A program made the translations under genes and the position numbers. The notes under the pieces were generated by a model that made no database searches, was not told the DNA's origin, and saw only the letters and a program-made list of their open reading frames with translations. A DNA stretch of 63,673 nt, the filler included, from Reticulomyxa filosa (Eukaryota > Protista > Foraminifera): NCBI GenBank assembly GCA_000512085.1. It is 16 parts of 16 records of this genome, joined end to end, with 100 filler letters (N's around TTAATTAATTAA, not from the genome) between each part and the next. Parts side by side here need not be neighbours in the genome. Positions count along the whole stretch, not along the records: positions 1 to 13,651 come from ASPP01027167.1; 15 more parts are not named here. The stretch is one strand, 5' to 3'. This document shows, piece by piece, positions 1-10,300 of the stretch. The stretch's first letter is position 1. Each line of letters begins with the position of its first letter.

Positions 1-3000
1 AAATGAAATGCAAGGGAACATTGGCCACTTTGGCCAAAAATTTGATCAGTAATGTTTTCCCACAACCTGTTTCTCCCATTAAAATAATTGGAATATTGGA
101 TTGTATTCTCAAATATATTGCAATCATTTTCAACATGTTATCGTAAGTTAACACATAATCTCGAAACTCTCCAATCTTTATATTTTCGATCATTGTTTGT
201 TCTTTTTCTAGTTCCTTTGGCATGAATTCCATTCCCCATAACTCCACTTTGATCTTTGCCCATGACGTTTCTTTTGTGCCAACAATGCGGAGCAACGACT
301 CTGTTTTTTTATCTTTTTCTGCAATTTTTGTAGATATCTTCCATATATTTTCCTGAGACACCGATTTTGCGTTGTTAGTCAGGATAGAAATTGTACCTTT
401 TCATAAAGAGATAGAGGCCATAAATTCAAAAAATGAAATTTTTTAAATTGAAAACAAATTGAACAAACCTAAATTGTTCTGATTGTCCTGATTGACCAAA
501 TATAGAAAATCTTGGGATACTTGCCATTTTTTGCATAGATAAAACTCATCCTCTCCTTCACTCTCGTTTCTGTTATACATGTTCCTTCTCTCGTACAATT
601 GACTGGAAAGATCTATTCCCATTTCAATAATAGATTTGGTGATTTCATGTTTGAAACGAAGGGGCCATTCTTGACTTTCTTTGTCTTTATTTCGTAAAAA
701 AAAATTGTCAACTAGGGGAGCAAATTGATTGAACAGATATTTGTAAAAAGCAGTTTGTTGCAAGGGAGAAGCCTGTGCAATTTTTGGACAGTTTGTTGTT
801 ATAATTTGAATCATTTCTGAAGATTTCAAATCATCATTTTTTGCATATCAGGGTCTTTGTCTCTATTGTTTTATTTGTTTGTATTAATTATGTTCAAGAT
901 AATAGTATAATCAAATTGCATTTTGTTACAAAACTTTAAATATCCAGCAAAGAATTCTTTCATCCATTTGATAGCAAATTTTGCTTCTGGACCAAATATA
1001 TATGGATTGGTTTCTTTGGACACTTTTATAATGGGAATCTTTGATAAAGAGAATACCGTATTCAATATCTTTTTGTAATCATTATCACTTCCATTCAATT
1101 TAAAAGGCATTTCAATTAAAAAAGCCATTTTTGTATTGACATGAAAACATTGTGAAGTCATCATGTTCAATGTGGTATTGATGTGTTGCAAATACAAAAG
1201 TTCAAATAAAAATGTATTCATCGAAGTTGAGACAAGAGGAGATATGTCCAAGTGATACACAATAAGATTATCAACATGATAATGGAGTTTAGAGCATTTG
1301 TTTTCAATGTCAATTAAATTATCTTGAACTTGATATTCATTTGTGCAAGGATGATATCTCCAAAGTCCTTCCATTATACATTTCCAATCAATGTTATCAC
1401 TGTTGAATGCAATACGTATGACTTGCATATTTGGATTGGTTCTTCGAATCGATTCAATGTCTTGTTCAATTTTGAAACTCTTGCCCATTCCAACTTGACT
1501 AGAGACATACAACTGCACAAATGATTTGTTGTTATGATTATTTGAGAAATTTTGTGAAACAAATGTCTGTAAGTTATCACAATATAATTGCTGAAACAAT
1601 AGATTTGGAGTTTGATCATTCATTATAATAGATTGAAATAATCGAAATGGATTCAATTTTCGAGATAACATATTATTGGGAGAATTTGATACAATAACCA
1701 ATAAATATGGTAATTTTTTTAATCTGTTCAATGCTTCATCAGTCAATAACAAAGTATGAAACAACTTGGTCACTCGCTCCAATGTTTCAAAAGGTAACAC
1801 TTCTGGCCACATTAAACAGTACAACGGAGATTGCAAAGTATCTTGTTTTTCGTAAATTCGATTGGCTGAAGTAATAGCCCGAAATAATAAACATTCAATT
1901 TCTTCTTCCATTGTATTTTCTTTGCATACCAAAATATGTTCAAATCGAGGAGTGACTCCAATATTTTTGAACAACTCCAAAACATTAAGCATTTTATGTG
2001 TATTTTGAATTATTAAATTGGGTTTGCCATATTTAAGTCCACATGAAGATACAACACAGGAATATTTCAAATTAATCCAAATATATGAAAACACTGTTCC
2101 AAATTGAGTAAATATTTTATCTTCTTCCACAGGTGCAAATTTCCATTTTTCAACAAAAGGTAAAGCGTCAGAAATATTGGAATCAATACGTTGCAAAAAT
2201 GGTAAAATGAATTTAGAGCAAAGTATTGCTCGATATTTTTGATTACAATCTACAATATCATTTAATTTTTTGGAAAGGTATCTCACTTCATTAAATGTAA
2301 AGTAATTCAATATTGGATATTCTGTTCTCAATTTTACACATTCCTTTTGCCATTCTTCAAATCTGTTCTTCCATTCACTTTGCAAATTTGTAAACACTTC
2401 CAATGGCTCTTTCACAGATAAATGCAATTTTTTTGTCTCTTGCCGTCCACCTTTCCTCCAAAACATCACTCGTAATATTTCAATTTCCTTGCATATGCCA
2501 AATTGCTTAACCAGTGGATCTACTTTTTCTTTGCAAAATCTTAACAGCACGCAATCAATGTCTTGTTCTATTTGATCAAAATTCAATTGTTCTGATCCAA
2601 TCTGCAAAACGAGCCATTCATTTCTCTGTCCTTTTTCTTCGTTGTTATCAATAACAATGGGATTGGCTCGCAACACTTGATCGCATCCGGCAAAATTCCA
2701 TTGGCCAATTTGACTCGCTTTTTCCAACAAACTAAAGCTTTTGGCAACTGGCAATAGACTCGCCTCTTCGACTAGAAAAGAGATATGATCCAGATCCTCG
2801 TCGCAGCACTTTTTGAATTTGACAGTGAAATCGTTATCACATTTGTAAATTGCTAAAATCGCTGTTGCAACTTGACTTGTCTCTTTTAAATCGGCATCCC
2901 AAATATATTCATGGATATTTTTGTTGACTGCACGTAGTGCACTTGCCAATTGCTGGAATCGGATTTCCTTGCAATTGTCCAATTTCTCTATAGTGTTTAT

Positions 3001-6000
3001 AAAATACATTTTGTTTGCAAAATATTTGTTGGTTGCCAATTGTTTGATCAGTTTTTCTTCATATTTCACAATCAAATCCAGTAATTCTACACACTCCAAA
3101 ATCCCATTTCCAAAGCAGCTTACACATTCATCATAATATTGACACAGGAGTTGGATTAAAGGCTCTTGTTTTTCAATTTCTTTGAAGATATTCTCCAATG
3201 ACTGAACGAAGAAATTCCAATTGGTATCATTTTTCATTATATTGTTTGATTCGTGATATTTTTTTAAAGCTTCGGTGGCCTTTTTCAACATTGCCCAAGG
3301 AGTCACCATTTTTTTTAATTGTTTGACCTTTTCACATTTTTCATGGATATCTTTTACCGTCATTTCCCTTTTTTGATCAGTCCAGTTTGGAAATAAGAAT
3401 TTCATTTCCAAATGCAAATCACTTATTTCAAACCATTTCAAATCTTCCATAGAGAGTAATTTATTTTCTATTGCCTGTCTCAACTCCCTCCATTTTTTAC
3501 ATACATGGTTGTATATCTTATCCATACTCGTTTCAAATGTCAGTTTCGTTTGTTCATTCATTTCTCTTCGATACTGAATCCACAACTTTTTAAAAACGCA
3601 ACTGCCCTTCATATCTACCAAATATTTCATTGCTTCTTGCAATTTTTGAAATGTATTTTGTTCATTGTGATAGTTTCGACTTGCTTCCAGGAACGACTCC
3701 AAATCCCAATTACTACAAAACTGACTGAATTCTTGTAACCGTTCAGAAAGATCATCCATAGTCATATAATCTGTTGACACCACTGTATATAACTGTTTCA
3801 AACGCACAAAATCTTTGAACTTTTTTAACACATTTAATAATGTATCCACTTTGTCTTTCCATTCGGGAAAAGATCTGCAAATAGCTTGAATGTTATGGTT
3901 ATTATCACCATATCCTAAAAATTCGCATACACAAAATGCAATTGATTCATTTTCAACCATTTCAAACAATACATTAAATGTTATTTTCATTAAGTCTTGC
4001 AATTGTTTTAATCTTCTTACTTTATTTGATTGACATTGAGTCAATGGTAACCATGGGATACACAAAAAACAATATTCCAAATGATATATTAATGACTTTG
4101 ATTTATTCTTGTCTATTTTCTCTTTTTTAATTTCCTCTTTGTTTTCTTCAATTTCTTCAATTACATTGAGATTCATTTGAACAGGAATATCTACAATCAC
4201 TTCTAATATTCTATTCAATAGCTTCCAGTCAATGAATGTCTTTTCCAAACATTTCTTCAACACCTCCAAAGATTTCTCATTCCATTTTTTGCTACTCAAA
4301 AATAGTGCTTCTTTTTGCTTTTCAATTTCGGTCAAAAATGTGATTTGGTATTCACCAGGGAGACACCAAAATTCTAAATAAGACATCAAATTCACAAGTT
4401 GTTGAGGAGAATCAATGTTTTTTCCAACCATCTTGTTGTTTATCCATTCACACAGACTTTGTGACAAAAGACTTTTCAAAGTATGTTTTTTTTCTTCTTG
4501 GATCTGATACGTAAATAGCTGCAACCATAATACAAGTTTCTCTTCAATGACAAGTCGTCTTAGCAATCTTTGAGAGGAAGCAATGACCTGTGTTTCAATA
4601 GGATTAAAATCAAATGGGCAACGTCTCCAAAGTACATTAAAAATAGCCATTAATGTATCAATATGATAGATCATGTTTGTATTTTCAATATAAAAATTCA
4701 AGGTTTGCAATACGCTTTCCCAATTTTGCCAAACGACAGTATCATACTTTAGTACAAAAGAAACAAATGAAATAAAATCTTGATTAGATTGAAGTACAAT
4801 ATCTTGAAAATTCTTTTCATTGAATATGCGCAATAATTTTTTGCAAACTTGCTCGATCTTTAACGCTCCAATATTCTGGAGTCGGTCTACAAGTTGACTC
4901 CATTTTTCAAAATGACACTGGTACAATTTACAAATGACGTCTGCACATTTCGAGTCTTGTGTTGTCCACAACCTAACCCATATCTCAGCTGTCATAAATT
5001 CTTTATTGGATAATAGCAATTCCAATATTTCTTTCGACAAAATACTATCATTTTGAGAATGCAAAATTTGCATTAAATGCACTTCTGCAAATAATATTGG
5101 ACTGATATTAAGTATGCGTCGAATTTTTACATCTGTCTCGACAATATCCATGCACCGTGAGGCCATTTGTGATACTTTTTTGATATTTTTAAAGTCAAAA
5201 TGTCTCAAAAGAGTATCATTTATTTGCACAGTATTTTTATCTGCCAAAAGATTGAAAGAAGGAATCAACATAAACTGATGAAATCCTTCTACCTTGACTC
5301 CACATAAATTACGTTTTACATCACGCAAAAACTCTCTTTTTATAATTTCAATATTGACCATTGGTGCTGTTGTTACGTATTTCACCAAATAAAACAATTC
5401 CAATGGAGACAGATACTGTCGTTGTTCTCCAAGTTGTTCACTTACAAATGTAATTTGATAAATCTTTTTTTTGATGTTGGATAAAAGTTTGAAATAATCA
5501 AATTGTACCAAAAAAAATTCATGCTTAACTGATGTAATATTTGCTTTGTCTTTAAACTGTGTATTATCTCTCGAAATAAGCTTTGAAATTGTTTAGTGGA
5601 ATTGGGGAGTTCTTTGATCATATCGTGTATAGCTTGTTGCGCAAATTGAAATGACTCTTCATCATAAATGCTTTCCACCAGATGACGAATCACAAAGGTA
5701 TCTATACATTTTTCTGCGGAACCAAATAATACTGTCGTGTATGGACAATACATTTGGCCCTTCAAGTCAACAAAATAGGCACATTTTTGAGTTTCAATCT
5801 TAATCCTTGTTTGTAAATATTGATGCTTAATGTTAATAGTTAAAGATGTATTCTTTTGTACTTGCAAGTCATGTACATACAAATATCTAAATTCATCGCT
5901 TACTAATCTCATTGGATCCTGTACTCCTAAACAAAATATACAATGTACTCTTTTTTTAGGTAGTTTTTAATTAGTAAAAACAAATACCATTTTGAAAAAT

Positions 6001-6110
6001 AATTGGTTTGTTTGTGCTTGTTGATGAAAACCCAAGGGCATAAATCCTCACAATCCTCGAGGTATTATCGTTAACTCCACTTGGAATAGCAATATTCTCC
6101 TTAAGCACAG
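1..6110 (-). CDS. RNF213/mysterin-like giant AAA+ ATPase (multi-exon, runs off the left edge of the window)
   Basis: The exon at about 1-397 translates to YVLTYDNMLKMIAIYLRIQSNIPIILMGETGCGKTLLIKFL, matching the RNF213 Walker A context (YELTTDNMLKILAIEMRFRCGIPVIIMGETGCGKT, recalled). ORF 871-5511 has further RNF213-like blocks: YPILNYFTFNEVRYL, GKPNLII, HILVCKENTMEEEIECLLFRA, SSQVGMGKSF and YHLDISPLVSTSMNTFLFELLYL. It joins ORFs 443-829 and 5442-5912 through short introns and single-base frameshifts at homopolymers (about 837-842 and 5510-5517). Confidence 0.88.
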
Positions 6111-6208
6111 CTACATTTTCTTTTTTCTATTGTTTTTAAAATGAAAATAGTAAAAGCGAATATTGCCCATCCAATTGTGTGAACTAGACAATACACTAGA
6201 ATTGCTAC

Positions 6209-6523
6209 TTATTTTATTTTATTTGTATCGTTTAACTCAGGCTTCTCGGCACCCTCTTCGCGAAAATCTCCAATGTTTAGTGGTTTCAAGTCTTTTTTGA
6301 TACGAAGTTCATTTAATGCATTCAATAGTTTCACTTGTTGACCCTCGAGCAATCCTACTTCTTTGAAAATTCGACTCCATTGTTCACGCGATATGACGAC
6401 AACGGATTCCATATCATCACATTCGTAATAATCGTACAACCAATCGAGTATTCGTCCCACATACATTGGTCTCAGTATTTTCAAGAAACTTCTAATTTCT
6501 TGTTTTCCTGGATCTTCTGCCAT
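6209..6523 (-). CDS. SAM-like helical domain ORF; probably the first exon of the RNF213-like gene
   Basis: The pattern FLKILRPMYVGRILDWLYDYYECDDMESVVVISREQWSRIFKEVGLLEGQQVKLLNALNELR resembles a sterile alpha motif. It lies on the same strand about 100 nt upstream of the RNF213-like exon at 5988-6110. Joining is not proven. Confidence 0.55.
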   Translation of the reverse strand: MAEDPGKQEIRSFLKILRPMYVGRILDWLYDYYECDDMESVVVISREQWSRIFKEVGLLEGQQVKLLNALNELRIKKDLKPLNIGDFREEGAEKPELNDTNKIK

Positions 6524-7352
6524 TGCACAAGATTCACCGACGGGAGACAAGAATTTAGAGTTTATTCACTTCCTGTCTCCAACAAACCTTGCTTATCGAG
6601 TAATTTAAAAAATTGAAAGTAATTAAAGGAGATCTTTTCTTCCTCAATCTTCTTAATTCAATAATTACAAAGTGGAAATATATGCATTTTCAAGGCTTGC
6701 AAATTATTTAGAGGATTATGATGAAAAAAATCAATGAGATTTGTGTGTTCCTGTTGATTTTGGCACGCTTGCACAGTAAAACCGTCACCATAAAGAGTCT
6801 TTTAAAAAGGTTAGAATACTTTCCCTTTTTTGGTATGAATTTTCTCAGTTTAAACGGTACTTGCTTTGAGCGTTTTCTGCCTTTCAAAATGCAACTCGGT
6901 AAAGAAAATGTGTCTATTCTGTGTTTTTTTAATGATGGCAAAAAAATCTTTTCTTATTCTATGAATTAACAACAGTGTGCCAGCAAACCCAAGGTACATT
7001 AGGCTTAAAAAAGAGTTGTTCCCATCCGGAAACGCGCATCTCCAATTTTGAAAAAAATCCCCTCTGTTTGTTTGTAGGAAAAATGACTACGTATGACAAA
7101 AGGAATGAATGCAGTTGGTTTGAGGTCGGTCATTATCCTTACGAGACAAGTACACATAACTTTTTTTTTTTTTTTTGTGGTGGAAAAAAAAGAAAACAAC
7201 TGACAGTAATCTCAACCTAGCGATGATGATGGCCATAAACTTGCCAAACATGAGTTTACAAAATGAATATACATGACCATATATAGCCCACATAAATAAT
7301 AGAAATAGATGTAATCATGTGGTAAATAGACAACGTGAAGTGCGCTGGAGGA

Positions 7353-10300
7353 ATGCAAAACGAGATCACAAACGAAGCCGATAAAGCTTATGAAAAAGAA
7401 ATGAAGATATTAATTCGACTATTTGGAGACGCAGTCAGCAGAGAAGAGTTGCAACAAAAAATGGAACAGTGCAACGGAAACATTGAATCAATGATCAAAG
7501 ATCTTGTTCGAAAAGCTATTGAAAACGAGGTATATAAATGCCAACGACAATATATAAATACATATATGTATATGTACACATTATATATTTCTTAATTTTT
7601 TACTTTTTTTTAATAAAAAAAAAAAGGAGTACATTAGATACGGAGCTCAAGACAAAAGAATCGGACGATACAAAAGAGGCATATATATAAATATATATAT
7701 ATATAAATACATATACATATATATATGTATATGTATGTATACGTACATATATGTATATGTATATGAAAAGGGTTCATTTGATTTGTCTTGTTGAAATATT
7801 ATATATGTATATACTGTATCGTGTTTTTATTTGTTTGAAATAATGAGCCAGGGCCTACAAGTAATAAACAGCATGTTCAGTGGACTCAGTGTTAGTAGTG
7901 AAGGTATACAAAAAGAACCGGAAAGAGCGGAAATCGGACAAGTGAAGCCAGGTATTAACTTGCAAGGACATTGCACTAATGAGGCCTGTTTAGCGTCAAA
8001 GGCAACATTGCTAGTATGGACGAATATTGGATTTACCACCATTTCATTTAATAATTCAGAGGATGCATTTTTTCATTGTCCAAATTGCAAAAAACTGACA
8101 GTCACTTCTATCACCAAGGCGCTTTTTTATAATGCCAATCATTCCATTTGCGCAAGTGGCGATGTAATGCCTGTCAGAGATAATCATTATCGATGTTCAT
8201 ATACGATCAAGTCTGGATTGTCTTATGAATTGAAAGCGGATAAAATTAGACAGCCCGCAAAAAGCATTGAAGATTTGAGAGAAAGGAGTGAATGTGCAAT
8301 GAGCAGTGTCGAAATTACAAATTTGGTGACTGAATTGCAAAAGTATGATATCACCGTTGTGAAGCCGCCCAATTTGAAAGAAGACAAGCGATTATTGGAA
8401 AAGATTCAAATAGATTATGAAGGTGATTTTAGTCAAGTATTTGATATTGGACGATTCACTATTTTGTGTGATGATAGCACCAAAATGCAAACAGCGGTTG
8501 CAGTGATTAAAAAAGCAGAACAATTCAATCTAATTGTGTCCGAAGACAAGGATTTTTTTGAAAAGAAATCAAAGACACATTATCGATTCCATAACATTAA
8601 ATTATTTGTGCCAAAGCATAATGTATATATTGAGATGCAAGCAACATTGAAGCGATTCACAACATTGGAGGGATATTCAGTCATTGAAAATCCAAATTTG
8701 AATCATTCACTATATAAATTGGTCCGGGCATGGAAACCAAATAATCCGGAGGAGGAGACATTGAAACGAGCAAGTGATAAGGCTTTGGCTAAAATCAATG
8801 ATATAATTTGTGAGTGGATTGATGAAAAGCAAATCAAAAAAATTGTCGATCGTTACAAACCACACTCCGAAATTCGAATATTAAAGCCTGTACAATTAAA
8901 AGGAATGGCAGAGCAAATTGGTAGCATAGACGATGCTCCTTTAAAATTAACCAAATTTGTGTATGATCAACTTTGTGAATTCACTCCAAAAGGAATGAAA
9001 GGGAAGGCAATTTATGTGGTTTTATTTGACTATTTCAAAAAATATGTCATGCATGAAGCAAATCTTGCAAGCTGTGGTGATGTTGTATCCATACTGAAGA
9101 AAGCAAGAGAAAGAGAGCTAGAAGACGATGCAGAAATATTTCAAGCTCTTGAAAGCTATGTTCCATTGCAGGCGAATAATTATCCGTATGCCGATAATGA
9201 CGATAACAAGGAAAACAATTCATATGATTGCCATCATTATATGACCGATTTGCTGACAAACAAACAAAGCAGCAAAGAAGAAAAACAACAGGTAATAATA
9301 TTGCAAGGGAAATCAGGATCAGGCAAAAGTGTATTTTGTCGCTATTTAGAAGGGACATTATGGGAATCATATATGAGTGGCTCTGCAACGTCCATTCCTG
9401 TTTACATCTCATTGCCGAAATGTTATAATGAATTGGATGAAAAACAAATCATTTCTCAGGCTTTTCAAATGAAACGAATTAATAGGGAAGCAGTGGATGT
9501 TGTTCGTGAAAATATTTCCTTTGTTTTTATTTTGGATGGATTTGACGAAATATTTGACAAATATAATAAGCACAATAACAATGAAAAATACTTTTTTAAT
9601 CGTTTTCATTTAGATAAATGGAATGCAAAAATTATTGTGAGTTGTCGGAGCCATGTACTAAACGATGAAGATATTGCTCACGTTTTGACGGGTTCAAATT
9701 GCACAACAACACCAATGCTGCATTTATGGCCTTTTTCAAACGAACAAGTGCATGCATACATTGACAAGTTTGTAAAAATGAATAAAAAAAAAAATTGAAT
9801 CACAATTTGGATTGGACAATACACCAATATAAAGAAACTTTGAATAATTATCCAAATCTACACAAAATGATGGAAGAACCTTTTTTACTTCAAGTGATAT
9901 TAACAGCATTACCATCATTACTGAAACAATATCCTGTAGGAACTAAAATATCAAAATCACAAGTATATGAAGCATTCAATGAACAATGGATTGATATTCA
10001 CGTTAAAAATATTGTAAATAAATTATCAGAATTAAGGATTCAAACATATCCCAAAAAAATCAAATCGGCATTTCAGCAATATTGTCAAGATTTAGCATTT
10101 GAAATGTTTATTCAAGGAAATCAAGTTGCAACTGAAGATATTAGTGCACAATATAAAAACAATGAATTTTTGAGTAAATTAGACCCACCAAGAGACACAA
10201 AGAGCAAAAATGAAGACGACGAAAAGTCAAAAATGCAACCCGATACAAATGACACTTCGACCATACGTACAAATATTTTTAGAAATGCAATGTCAATAAA

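Noticed and set aside
7627-7680. Possible micro-exon with a GC splice donor in the NLR gene
   Set aside because: Acceptor and frame are ambiguous; it cannot be supported without transcripts.
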